The notes: generated from the sequence alone by a model not told the origin. A stretch of DNA of 64,000 nucleotides from an uncultured Candidatus Rokubacteria bacterium (GCA_963826115.1 CAWGVS010000006.1:1152001-1216000); one strand, 5' to 3'. Numbered from the stretch's first letter, positions 36,553-45,936 are shown. Translations and numbers: made by a program.

Positions 36553-37343
36553 ACCACGAGCGGTGGCTCGAGCTGGCCGACCTCCACGCGGCCGGCGCCC
36601 TCGACGGCCCGGAGCTCGCCGAGCTCGAGGCCCACCTCGCGACGGGCTGCGTCCAGTGCGCCGCACGGATCCGCGAGACCCGCGAGGCGCTGGCGCTCGC
36701 TGCGCGCGAGCTCCCGGAGGTCGCGCCGCCGCCCGCGCTCCGGGCCCGGGTCCTGGCCGCGGTCGCGAGCGAGCCCGGGCCCGCCGCGCGGCCGGCCACC
36801 GCGCCCATCCCGCTCCCGCCGGCGCGCCGCCGGCGCGGCGCCATCTGGTGGACGGGCTGGGCCGGGCTCGCGGCGGCGGCGGCGCTCCTCGTGTTCGTGA
36901 ACGCCGAGCTCCGGACGACGCGCCAGGAGATGCGCGCCCTCCAGGGCCGGCTGGCCACGCTCCAGACGGAGCTCTCCGAGCGCGAGGCGACGCTCCGGTT
37001 CCTGTCGGATCCGAGCGTCCGGTTCGTGAGCCTCGGCGGGCTCGAGCCCACGCCGGACGCGGGCGCGTGGCTCCTGTGGAACCCGACGACCCGCCAGGGC
37101 CTTCTCCTGGCGCGGGGACTTCCCGCCGCGCCGGCGGGCCACGCCTACGAGCTGTGGGCCCTCGCCGGCGCCCAGCCCGTGCCGGCGGGCGTCTTCACGG
37201 TCGACGCGGCCGGGCGGGGACTCCTCCGGCTCCAGCCGCTTCCCGAGGGCCACACCTTCGACGCCTTCGCCGTCACCCTCGAGCCCACGCCCGGCGTCCC
37301 CAAGCCCACGGGCCCCATGCACCTCCACGGGAAGGTGCTGTAG
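36549..37343 (+). CDS. Anti-sigma factor, RskA family with N-terminal zinc-finger (HxxxxCxxC)
   Basis: EAHLATGCVQC, PPPALRARVL, TM helix, YELW...PVPAGVF...FAVTLEP...PTGP; ATGA overlap. Confidence 0.9.
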   Translation: MNHERWLELADLHAAGALDGPELAELEAHLATGCVQCAARIRETREALALAARELPEVAPPPALRARVLAAVASEPGPAARPATAPIPLPPARRRRGAIWWTGWAGLAAAAALLVFVNAELRTTRQEMRALQGRLATLQTELSEREATLRFLSDPSVRFVSLGGLEPTPDAGAWLLWNPTTRQGLLLARGLPAAPAGHAYELWALAGAQPVPAGVFTVDAAGRGLLRLQPLPEGHTFDAFAVTLEPTPGVPKPTGPMHLHGKVL

Positions 37344-37553
37344 CCAGCCCCCGGCTTCCCGACAGCTCCCTCTGGGCCGAGTCGCCCCGACCTCGGCTTG
37401 TCTGTGGCGGTGTTGGTTACGTGTTTCCTACCAGCTAGGGCGCCCTGTCCGCCTAGGGATGTCAGCCCGTGTACCGAGGCGGGAGGGTGTGAGGCGTATC
37501 GAGATAGATACGTAAATACGCAGAGTTGAAGCTGCCGTTGGCTGTCGAATGTG

Positions 37554-37572
37554 TATTACAAAATCTGTGATA
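37554..37572. promoter_or_regulatory. Candidate operator palindrome upstream of the HTH gene
   Basis: TATTACA-AAATC-TGTGATA, AT-rich imperfect inverted repeat 14 nt before the ATG. Confidence 0.4.
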
Positions 37573-37585
37573 ACCTGACGCTGCC

Positions 37586-38272
37586 ATGACTCCCCAGGAG
37601 CTGCGGACAGCCCGGGTCGAGAGGGGCTTGACCCAGAGCCAGGCGGCGGTCAGCCTGGGCCTGTCCCAGCCCTACGTCGCGATGCTCGAGCGCGGGCAGC
37701 GGCGCCTGACCGATGCACTCGTCCAGCGGGTGAGGGCCGTCTACGCCCTGCCTCCGACGTTCGTCCCGCCGGTGATGGAGCGTGAGCCGCCATCCCAGGA
37801 CACCCTCGTCGCGGATCTGGCCGGACTCGGGTGTCCCGGGTTCGCCCATCTCCGCCCGTCGCGTTGGACGCCCAAGAACCCGGCCGTGGTTCTCCTGGCG
37901 GCGCTGGCGACCGACGACCTCGACGCGCGTGTCGTGGAAGCCCTCCCGTGGCTTCTCCTGGAGTACCCGACGCTCGATCAGGACTGGCTCGTCCGACACG
38001 CGAAGCTCGACGATCTGCAGAACCGCCTGGGGTTCGTGACCGCGCTGGCCCGCGCGCTCGCGCGGCGAGCGGGCCGGCACGACAAGGCGGCCGTGCTCGG
38101 AGCCCTGGAGAATCGACTGGAGCGAAGCCGCCTGGCTCGCGAGCAGACGCTGGGCCGGCGGAGCGTCTCCGAGCGCGTCCGATCGTGGGTGGCCAGCCGG
38201 CGGTCTCCGGAAGCTCAGCGCTGGAACGTCATGACCGACTGGACGGTGGACATGCTCCGGTATGGCGCCTGA
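37586..38272 (+). CDS. XRE-family HTH protein with C-terminal helical domain (putative antitoxin)
   Basis: LRTARVERGLTQSQAAVSLGLSQPYVAMLERG; KNPAVVLLAAL...EALPWL...QNRLGF. Confidence 0.75.
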   Translation: MTPQELRTARVERGLTQSQAAVSLGLSQPYVAMLERGQRRLTDALVQRVRAVYALPPTFVPPVMEREPPSQDTLVADLAGLGCPGFAHLRPSRWTPKNPAVVLLAALATDDLDARVVEALPWLLLEYPTLDQDWLVRHAKLDDLQNRLGFVTALARALARRAGRHDKAAVLGALENRLERSRLAREQTLGRRSVSERVRSWVASRRSPEAQRWNVMTDWTVDMLRYGA

Positions 38273-38807
38273 CCTTCGGTCGCCGTGGCTCGACTTCCTG
38301 CTGGAGCTCGACGATCGGCTGCCCGAATCCGTGGCGATCCACTGCGTCGGCGGATTCGTCATGACCGCGCTCTACGGCCTCGGGCGGACGACCGCGGACC
38401 TGGACTGCTACGCGATCGTTCCCTCGGACAGCACCTCGATGCTCCTTGGCCTGGCGGGAGGCGATTCACCGCTGGCGAGGAAGCACCACGTCCATCTGCA
38501 GCTCGCGGCGGTGGCGAGCTTGCCCGATCGGTACGAGGACCGCTTGATCGAGATCGCGCCGCACAGGTTTCGGCGGCTCCGGCTCTACGCCCTGGAGGCG
38601 CACGATCTCGCGCTCTCCAAGCTCGGGCGGAACCACCCGGTCGATCGCGACGACGTGGCCTACCTCGCGAGGCGGATTCCGCTCGATCCCGGCGTTCTGC
38701 GCGCGCGCTACCATGAGGAGCTGCGCCCGGGGATCATCGGCGACCTGGCGCGCCACGACCTGACCCTCGAGCTGTGGCTCGAGGAGTTCTTCTCTCCGCC
38801 AGCCTGA
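38262..38807 (+). CDS. DUF6036-like nucleotidyltransferase (putative toxin)
   Basis: CVGGF...RTTADLD (GG...DxD), DLALSKL.R...DRDD; overlaps the HTH gene by 11 nt. Confidence 0.75.
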   Translation: MAPDLRSPWLDFLLELDDRLPESVAIHCVGGFVMTALYGLGRTTADLDCYAIVPSDSTSMLLGLAGGDSPLARKHHVHLQLAAVASLPDRYEDRLIEIAPHRFRRLRLYALEAHDLALSKLGRNHPVDRDDVAYLARRIPLDPGVLRARYHEELRPGIIGDLARHDLTLELWLEEFFSPPA

Positions 38808-38964
38808 GGCGCCTGTCGATCTCGGGGGTCAGGCCCCGCCCTCTGTGCCAGGATGGGGGAGACAGTCCCTCCGTCCGAAATTGCTGCAGAGGGCGATCGG
38901 TGCGGGTGCCCGACAGCAGAGACAGAAGCCGACAGCACGGCGACGCACGTGGGAGGAGAATCGA

Positions 38965-39948
38965 ATGACCGGCCGGCGCGCCTTCATCGCTAGTCTCGCC
39001 GTGGGCGCTCTCCTGGCGTCGAGCGGAGCCGATGCCCAGACCGCCAGAAACGTGCATCAGATCGGATACCTGTCCGTCACGTCGGCTGCTAGTGGACTGG
39101 GTAATCTCGAAGCTCTACGGGCTGGATTGCGCGCGTTCGGCTACATCGAGGGGCAGAACCTCACAATCGAGGCTCGCTGGGCGGATGGACACGCCGAGCG
39201 TCTTCCTCAACTCGCCGCAGAGCTGGTCCGTCTCCCGGTGAAAGTGCTCTGCACCGCAGGCGGGCAAGCTTCGGCAGCGGCGCAGCAGGCGACGTCCACG
39301 ATCCCAATCGTGTTTGCGAACGTCGCATTCCCAATCCAGTCCGGTCTCATCGCGAGCTACCCGCACCCAGGCGGCAACATCACGGGGGTCGCGTTCATTG
39401 GCCCTGAATACGGGAAGCGGTTGGAGCTGCTCAAGGAGGCCTATCCCAAGCTCTCCCGCGTCGCGCTGATCTACAACCCCGACAACCCCGGGAGCGTCCT
39501 GGCGTTGCAGGAAACGCAACGATGGACGCCTGGTTTACGGGTCAGGCTCGAGCCTCACGAGTTCCGGAGTCCGGATGATTTCGAGCGCGTCTTCGAGGCG
39601 ATCGCCGGAAAGCGGCCGGATGCGTTGATGACCACCGCCGACTCGCTCCTTATCTCCCATCGCAGCCGCATCGTCGAGTTCACCGCGAAACAGCGCCTAC
39701 CCTCAATGTTTCCGACCCGGGACTTCGTGGTCTCCGGAGGCCTCATGTTCTATGGCGGCAGCATCCCGGAGATGTTCCACCAGGCCGCCGCCTACGTAGA
39801 CAAGATTCTCAAGGGCGCCAAGCCGGCCGACCTTCCCGTCGAGCAGCCCACGAAGTTCGAGTTCATGATCAACATGAAAACCGCGAAGGCGCTGCGCCTC
39901 GCGATCCCGTCATCGCTACTGCTGCGGGCGGATCAGGTGATCGAATGA
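38965..39948 (+). CDS. ABC transporter substrate-binding protein (PF04392-type), orphan
   Basis: RRAFI leader, GYIEGQNLTIEARWA, TIPIVF, PGGNITG, YVDKILKGAKPADLPVEQPTKFE, LLLRADQVIE. Confidence 0.9.
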   Translation: MTGRRAFIASLAVGALLASSGADAQTARNVHQIGYLSVTSAASGLGNLEALRAGLRAFGYIEGQNLTIEARWADGHAERLPQLAAELVRLPVKVLCTAGGQASAAAQQATSTIPIVFANVAFPIQSGLIASYPHPGGNITGVAFIGPEYGKRLELLKEAYPKLSRVALIYNPDNPGSVLALQETQRWTPGLRVRLEPHEFRSPDDFERVFEAIAGKRPDALMTTADSLLISHRSRIVEFTAKQRLPSMFPTRDFVVSGGLMFYGGSIPEMFHQAAAYVDKILKGAKPADLPVEQPTKFEFMINMKTAKALRLAIPSSLLLRADQVIE

Positions 39949-39970
39949 TCGGGTCGCCGGACCATGGGGC

Positions 39971-40042
39971 ATCGAACATCGGGCGTCAGCGGGCCGTCGG
40001 CTCGCGCTGCTCGCCTCCGGCCGCTGAGCCTGCGCGTCGGGC
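39971..40042 (+). mobile_element. Degenerate attC-like integron recombination site
   Basis: ATCGAAC...TCAGCGG(G)CCG...CGGCCGCTGA...GTCGGGC: 72-bp imperfect palindrome with a bulged base, just after the stop codon. Confidence 0.5.
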
Positions 40043-40158
40043 AGCAAGACTGGCCGCTCATGGGCACCGCTCACACATGTCCGAAGCCGACTGTCTCACC
40101 CGACTTGGAAACTTCCGCCGAGCTTCGTTGCCTCGCGCGGCGCCGGACCCCGGGGTGA

Positions 40159-40861
40159 CTAGCCGAGCAGGGTGACCTCGCCGCTCGCGATGTCGTAGTG
40201 GGCGGCGACGATCTTGAGCTTGCCGGCGGCGACCATGTCGGCGAGGACCGGCGAGGCCTTCCCGAGGAGGCTCGCCTGGATGCGGGCGTTCGCCCGGACC
40301 GTCGCGTCGGGATCGGGGCCGGCCAGGTTCACGGCCGGACGCAGCGGCGCGTAGAGCGCGCTGATCTGGCCGGGCACGGCCTTGCCGGCGATGGCCGCGG
40401 TCACCGCGCCGCACGCGCCGTGGCCCAGCACCATGAGGACGCGCGTGCCGAGGACTGCCGCCCCGTACTCCAGGCTCGCGACGATCTCCGGCGTGGCGAC
40501 GTTGCCGGCGACCCGCACGACGAAGATGTGCCCGATCGTCTGGTCGAAGAGGATCTCGACCGGCACGCGCGAGTCGGCGCACGAGAGCACCGCGGCGAAG
40601 GGCTCCTGCTTCTCGGCGGTCTTCTGGGCGAGGAGCGTGAGGTCCTCCTGGAACGAGGTGAGCCGGCCGGCCTTGAAGCGCCCGTTCCCGTCCATGAGGG
40701 CCTTGAGCGCGTCGTCGGGCGAGAGCGTGGACTGGGCGCTCGCCGTGCCCCGCGCCGCCGGGCCGGCCGCGACCGCGGCGCCCAGCGTCACGGCGCCGGC
40801 CGCGGCCATTCGGAAGCAGGTCACGGCGGGCCAGGGGTGCCATCTCGGGAATCGACGTCAT
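40159..40861 (-). CDS. Beta-class carbonic anhydrase with Tat signal; frameshift near 40812
   Basis: LMDGNGRF, LSCADSRVP, RVAGN, SLEY, GHGACGA; MTSIPEMAPLARRDLL joins RMAAAG if one base is removed. Confidence 0.88.
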
Positions 40862-40972
40862 CGTGCGCTCCTCGGTGAGGGTGAGAGTCGTTTCAGGCCA
40901 ATCGAGTCTAGCTCACCCGGGCCTCGACCACCCGCCGTCAAACTCGGGGGTCAGCCCTCGACGTTGGTTTGA

Positions 40973-41639
40973 TCAAGCTCGCGGGCCGGGACCCGACTTC
41001 GAGAGGCCCTGGGTCACGGGGGCGCGGAGGGCGAAGAGGCCGCTGATCGACTTGAAGGGGATGAGGACGCCGTGCTCGGAGAGGCGCACGGGCGCGCCGG
41101 GCTCGTCGAAGAGGGACAGGAGCGCGCCTTGCTCCTCGAGGGGCCAGTCGCGGTGGCCGGGGCCGAGGCGGTGCGAGACGCGCGCTTCGGAGAACGCGGC
41201 GACCAGGTCGCGGCGGAGCGCGCGCACGGCCGTCTCGATGGCCGCCCAGCCCGCGAGGTCGAGGAGGTAGGCCTCGAGGAGGTCGTGGCGCTGGCCGAGC
41301 GCCGCCACCTCGGCCTCGAGCGCCGGCCCGAGCGTCAGGACGAACGCGACCGCCTCGCGGGCGTCCGCGAGGTGGCGCCCGACGGCCTGGCCCGAGAACG
41401 TCGGCCCGTCGGCGAGCGACACGCGGGTCGGGGCTGGCCCGGGCCACGCCGACCCGCCGGAGGCGGGCGGCGGGCGCGGCGAGGATATCGGCCCGCGCCG
41501 CCATCGCGCGCGTCGCCTCCCAGACCGCCGCCGGCGCGTCGTCGCGGCGGCGGTAGCGGGCGAGGCGGAGGACGGTCCACGGATCGACGGCGACCCGGGG
41601 AGGCTCCCAGGGGACGATGCGGCCGGCCTCGAGCCGCAC
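40973..41639 (-). CDS. Stand-alone vitamin B12-dependent methionine synthase activation-like domain protein; frameshift near 41430
   Basis: AFVLTLG, LLEAYLLDLAG, RLGPGH.DWPLEEQ, VRLSE...IPFKSISG. Confidence 0.65.
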
Positions 41640-42284
41640 TACTTCTGGCCGTACTTCGGGGAGTAGGGCCCGTGGAGGAGGCCCCGGTCCTCGACCGCGA
41701 GCTGGGCGTTCGCCCGCTCGGAGAGGCCGTGGGCCCGGTCCGTCGACTGGCCGATCACCTGCGTGATGAGCGCGCCGATCACGTCGGCCAGGATGTTCCC
41801 CGATCCGCCGCTGTTCTCCTGGGCCGCGAGGCGCCCTGCCCAGAGGAGCGTCCCCGTCTGGGTGTCCACCAGGCGGGCGTCGGCCACCACGACGGTGCTG
41901 CTGGAGAGGAGCTGGAACCGCGTCCCGTACTGCTTGATGGTGACGTAGAGGACGGCGTCCGCGCCGATGATCTCCCGGATCTTCCCGAGCGGGGCCTGGA
42001 CCATCTCCCCGGGCGTCGGCATGCCGTTTTCCTTGAGCAGCTGGTCGATCAGGGCGACGGGGTACACGTAGTAGCCGAGCTCGGCGATCGGCCGCGTCAC
42101 GGTGGACAGGTACCCGTACGTCGCCCGCACGTCGGTGCCCTCGTTGACCGGCGGCAGCACGACGATCGAGCGCGGCGGGTAGGCGCGGTAGTTCGTGTAG
42201 TCGTATCCCTTGGCGGCGCACCCCGTCGCGCCGAGCCCTCCCAGGACGACGAGGAGCCCGATCCCGAGCCGGCGCGGCCTTCAT
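41639..42284 (-). CDS. DUF799 (GNA1162-like) lipoprotein; frameshift just after start
   Basis: GLGATGC lipobox, PPRSIVVLPPVN, PIAELGYYVYPV, GADAVLY, LLHGPYSP. Confidence 0.8.
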
Positions 42285-42634
42285 GGGGCGGGGAGCCGCG
42301 CGAGCAGCCGGTCCATGAACACCGCGGACTCCGGGAAGCTGGCCTTCTCGGTCTCGAACTCCTGGCGGGCCTGGTCCGCCCGCCCGATCGAGTAGTAGAG
42401 GGCGCCGAGGTGGGCGTGGAAGCCCGGGGGCACCGGCCGGTTCGCCGCGCGCGCCTCCTGGTAGTCCTGCTCGAGCAGCTCGATCTGGCGCTCGGGCGGC
42501 ATGCTGCCGGGAGCGGCGTAGGTGGCGTAGATGACCGCTTCGTAGCGGCCCCAGTGATACAGCGTCGTCGGCGCGGCGCAGCCCGTCAGGAGCGCCAGGA
42601 GAACCAGCAGCGCCGGGAGGGCGGTGCCCGTCAC
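42281..42634 (-). CDS. DUF4810 lipoprotein
   Basis: LLTGC lipobox, LYHWGRY, VPPGFHAHLG, FETEKASFPES. Confidence 0.85.
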   Translation of the reverse strand: MTGTALPALLVLLALLTGCAAPTTLYHWGRYEAVIYATYAAPGSMPPERQIELLEQDYQEARAANRPVPPGFHAHLGALYYSIGRADQARQEFETEKASFPESAVFMDRLLARLPAP

Positions 42635-42635
42635 G

Positions 42636-43343
42636 TCAGTTCCGGGCGGGCGTCCACTTCCCCAGTTCGACTCCCTCCACCAGCCGGTTGACGGCCTCGC
42701 GGATGGCCAGGTCGAGCACCTTGCCGTTCAGGGTGGAGTCGTAGCCCTGGGTGCCGCCGAACCCGAGCACCTCGCGGCTACTGAGCTCGTACTCGCCGGC
42801 GCCCTGCACCGAGAAGACGACCTCCGACGTGAGCACGTTGATCACGTTCAGGTTGACCTTGGAGTAGGCGATCTGCTTCTTGCCGCTGCCGAGGATGCCG
42901 AAGAGCTGCACGTCGCCCACTTCCTTGCGCCCGAACTCCGCCACGTCGCCGGTGATGGCGAAGTCCGCCCCCTTCAGTTGCTGCTGGGCGCCCTTGATCG
43001 CGGCCTCGCGCGCCATCTCCTCCATGTTGTCCCGCTCGACCACGGTGAAGCGCCCGGTCTGCTGGAGGTGCGTGATCAGGATGCCCTTGGCCTGGCCACC
43101 GAGCCGGTCCACGCCGTCGAAGAACAGGCCGCGGAGGTAGGCCGAGCGATTGTCGAACTTCCCCACCACGAGGGTGCTCTTCGGGCCGCCGTACGGGGTG
43201 CCCGCGGAGGTGACCTGCTGGGGCTCCACGGTCCGGTGGGCTTCCGTGGCGCACCCGGAGAGCCAGGCGGCGAGCAGCACGGCGAGGGCGGCCGCCGGCA
43301 GGCGGCGGCGCGCGGGGGCGGGCCTCAGGCCTGTGTCACCCAT
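42636..43343 (-). CDS. CsgG/HfaB family lipoprotein
   Basis: LSGC lipobox, VGKFDNRS, ILITHLQQTGRFTVVER, TGDVAEFGRK, YDSTLNGKVLDLAI. Confidence 0.88.
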   Translation of the reverse strand: MGDTGLRPAPARRRLPAAALAVLLAAWLSGCATEAHRTVEPQQVTSAGTPYGGPKSTLVVGKFDNRSAYLRGLFFDGVDRLGGQAKGILITHLQQTGRFTVVERDNMEEMAREAAIKGAQQQLKGADFAITGDVAEFGRKEVGDVQLFGILGSGKKQIAYSKVNLNVINVLTSEVVFSVQGAGEYELSSREVLGFGGTQGYDSTLNGKVLDLAIREAVNRLVEGVELGKWTPARN

Positions 43344-43409
43344 CGTGTCAGGGCCTCCGTGGTGACCGGGCGGTGTCCCGGGTGGCACCGCGTCGGGAAG
43401 ATGTCGAGG

Positions 43410-43438
43410 ATCATGGGGTCGGTCGTCCCCCCTGTCAA
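43410..43438 (-). promoter_or_regulatory. Sigma70-type promoter for the csgG-like operon
   Basis: Minus strand TTGACA-N17-CATGAT. Confidence 0.55.
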
Positions 43439-43451
43439 CCAGACCGCCCAC

Positions 43452-43479
43452 TTGACGGGTCTCGCTCGGCTTCTATAAT
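43452..43479 (+). promoter_or_regulatory. Sigma70-type promoter for garR
   Basis: TTGACG-N16-TATAAT. Confidence 0.7.
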
Positions 43480-43603
43480 CAACGCGTTTTCCACGATTTT
43501 GCGCGGGCGTCGGCGGCCTGCCTCGAGATTCCCCCGCGAGCCACCGGGTCCGCGAGCCAGTTGGCGTGCGAGCCGCGAGCACAGCTGGAAGGAGACGGAC
43601 GTC

Positions 43604-44503
43604 ATGCAGGGACCGATCGGATTCATCGGGCTCGGGATCATGGGCCGGCCCATGGCCAAGAACCTCCTGAAGGCGGGTCACGCGCTGGTCGTCCACAACC
43701 GGAGCCAGGCGGCCGTCCAGGAGCTCGCGGGCCTCGGCGCCAAGACGGCGGACTCGCCGGCGGCGGTCGCGCGGGCGGCGGGCGACCTCATCGTCACGAT
43801 GCTGCCGAACTCGCCCGACGTCGAGGCGGTGGCGCTCGGCCCGAAGGGGCTCCTCGAGGGCGTCCGCGGCGGCCAGGTCCTGGCCGACATGTCGACGATC
43901 TCCCCGATCGTCTCCCAGAAGGTCGGCGCGGCGCTCGCCCACAAGGGCGTGAAGATGCTGGACGCCCCGGTCTCGGGCGGGGAGAAGGGCGCGATCGAGG
44001 GCATCCTGTCGATCATGGTGGGTGGGGAGCCCGCCGTCTTCCAGCAGGTCCTGCCGGTCTTCCAGGGGATGGGGAAGACGATCACGCACCTCGGGCCCCT
44101 CGGCTCCGGCGGCTTCACGAAGCTCGCGAACCAGATCATCGTGGCCGTCAACCTGACGGCGCTCGCGGAGGCGCTCACGCTGGCGGCCAAGGCCGGGCTC
44201 GACATCGAGCTCACGCTGAAGGCGCTCGGCGGCGGCCTCGCCGGCTCCCGGTGCCTCGACCAGAAGACGCCGAACTACCTCGCCCACGAGTTCAAGCCCG
44301 GGTTCAAGATCGACCTCCACTACAAGGACCTCGGCCTCATCGCCGACGCCGCCCGGGCGCTCGGCGTGCCGCTCCCGGCGACCGCCGTCGTGCAGGAGCT
44401 CTTCAGCGCCGCGCGCGCCAAGGGCCGGGGCCAGCTCGACCACTCGGGGATCGTCACGGTGCTCGAGGACCTCGCCGGGGTCCAGGTCAAGAAGCACGCA
44501 TGA
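43604..44503 (+). CDS. garR: 2-hydroxy-3-oxopropionate (tartronate semialdehyde) reductase
   Basis: GFIGLGIMGRPMA, TMLPNSPDV, DAPVSGG, KLANQIIVA, PGFKIDLHYKDL. Confidence 0.85.
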   Translation: MQGPIGFIGLGIMGRPMAKNLLKAGHALVVHNRSQAAVQELAGLGAKTADSPAAVARAAGDLIVTMLPNSPDVEAVALGPKGLLEGVRGGQVLADMSTISPIVSQKVGAALAHKGVKMLDAPVSGGEKGAIEGILSIMVGGEPAVFQQVLPVFQGMGKTITHLGPLGSGGFTKLANQIIVAVNLTALAEALTLAAKAGLDIELTLKALGGGLAGSRCLDQKTPNYLAHEFKPGFKIDLHYKDLGLIADAARALGVPLPATAVVQELFSAARAKGRGQLDHSGIVTVLEDLAGVQVKKHA

Positions 44504-44623
44504 CCGCTTCCGGGGCCGTCCGTACCGGGCGGCCGTGCTTCGCGACCCGGACTCCGGCGCGGGTACGCGGCGGGGTCTCCTTGCTCGTCCTCGGCGCGCC
44601 GCGGGCGCGAGATCGGGTAGCCC

Positions 44624-45601
44624 ATGATCAAGGTCCGGCGCGTCAAGAAGGGCGACCTCTCCCGGATGCGCGAGGTCGTCGAGTCCGCGTTCGGCGACTT
44701 CTTCGAGCGCCAGCTCGGCACCCGCCCGCGCCAGGTCTTCGGGGGCGCGCAGTACGTGCACCACCGGTGGCTCATGGAGCCGTGGGGCTGCTTCGTCGCC
44801 GAGGAGAACGAGGGCAAGATCGTCGGCGTCTCGGTCGCGGTGTGCTGGGGGACGCTGGGGCTCTTCGGCCCCGTGGCCGTCCTCACGCCGTACCAGAACC
44901 AGAAGGTCGCCCAGCAGCTCGTGCGGGCCGCCCAGGCCTTCTTCGACGAGAACAAGGTGACGCTCCAGGGCGTCGTGACGTTCCCGTACAGCCCGAAGCA
45001 CCTCGTCCTCTACCAGAAGTTCGACTTCAAGCCGCGCGCCCTCGTCGCGATCACCGCGCGGTCGCTGGAGCGCCGGGAGCCTTCGCCGCCGGCCAAGCCC
45101 GCGCGGGGCGTGCCGGTGGTCTACCGCTTCTCGACCTACGAGGAGGGGAAGAAGAAGGGCCTTCTCGGGCGCCTCCGGACCTTCACCGGACGGATCTACC
45201 GCGGGCTCGACCTCACCAAGGAGATCGAGATCGTCGACGGCCTCGCCCTCGGCGACACGCTCGTCCTCGAGAAGGACGGCACCCTCCTCGGCCTCGCCAT
45301 CTGCCACACCCCCGGCGTGTCCGAGGCGCCCCAGGGCTCCCTCTACGTGAAGTACCTCGCGATCGACCCCGCCAAGCGGCGCCCGGAGTACTTCGCCCAG
45401 CTCCTGACCGCGTGCGAGGACTTCGGCATCAACGCGGGGTGCCAGCGCATCATCGCGCCGGTCTACACGGGCTACTGGAAGGCCTACCAGATGCTCCTCG
45501 GGTCGGGCTACCACGTCGAGCAGCTCATGCTCCGCATGAAGCGCGGCAAGAACGACGACTACGAGAGCGAGGAGGACTTCGTCCTCGACGACTGGCGCTG
45601 A
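44624..45601 (+). CDS. GNAT family N-acetyltransferase (tandem GNAT fold)
   Basis: CFVAEE.GKIVG, FGPVAVLTPYQNQKVAQQL (acetyl-CoA loop), LYQKFDF; strongly host-like codons. Confidence 0.75.
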   Translation: MIKVRRVKKGDLSRMREVVESAFGDFFERQLGTRPRQVFGGAQYVHHRWLMEPWGCFVAEENEGKIVGVSVAVCWGTLGLFGPVAVLTPYQNQKVAQQLVRAAQAFFDENKVTLQGVVTFPYSPKHLVLYQKFDFKPRALVAITARSLERREPSPPAKPARGVPVVYRFSTYEEGKKKGLLGRLRTFTGRIYRGLDLTKEIEIVDGLALGDTLVLEKDGTLLGLAICHTPGVSEAPQGSLYVKYLAIDPAKRRPEYFAQLLTACEDFGINAGCQRIIAPVYTGYWKAYQMLLGSGYHVEQLMLRMKRGKNDDYESEEDFVLDDWR

Positions 45602-45605
45602 CGCG

Positions 45606-45908
45606 TCAGCCCCGCTCCCGCCACCACCGGTAGACCAGCGCCTGGAGCAGCGAGACGGCGCCGAGCGTGACGCCGTCGATCGCGTAGACGGACACGAACC
45701 GGTCGGACCAGGCGCGCAGGACCAGCAGCGGGAGCACCACCAGCGCGACGTTCGCCGCGAGGAAGAGCGCGCCGAGGCCGATCGTCTCGAGCGCCGCCGC
45801 GAGCGCGTTCCCGAGGCCCCGTGGCGAGAGCCCGTGGCGCTTCCGGCCGACGAGATACCCCCCGAGACAGGTCAGCAGGAGCGCCGCCGCCAGGCCTAGG
45901 CGCTCCAT
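45606..45908 (-). CDS. Small hypothetical membrane protein (3 TM)
   Basis: 100 aa hydrophobic ORF directly downstream of the YdcF-like gene. Confidence 0.6.
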   Translation of the reverse strand: MERLGLAAALLLTCLGGYLVGRKRHGLSPRGLGNALAAALETIGLGALFLAANVALVVLPLLVLRAWSDRFVSVYAIDGVTLGAVSLLQALVYRWWRERG

Positions 45909-45936
45909 GCGCTCGCACCCCGGCTCTCCCGCGCGC

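Noticed and set aside
42636-43343. Curli biogenesis system
   Set aside because: No csgA/B/E/F; the context is the DUF4810/DUF799 lipoprotein operon
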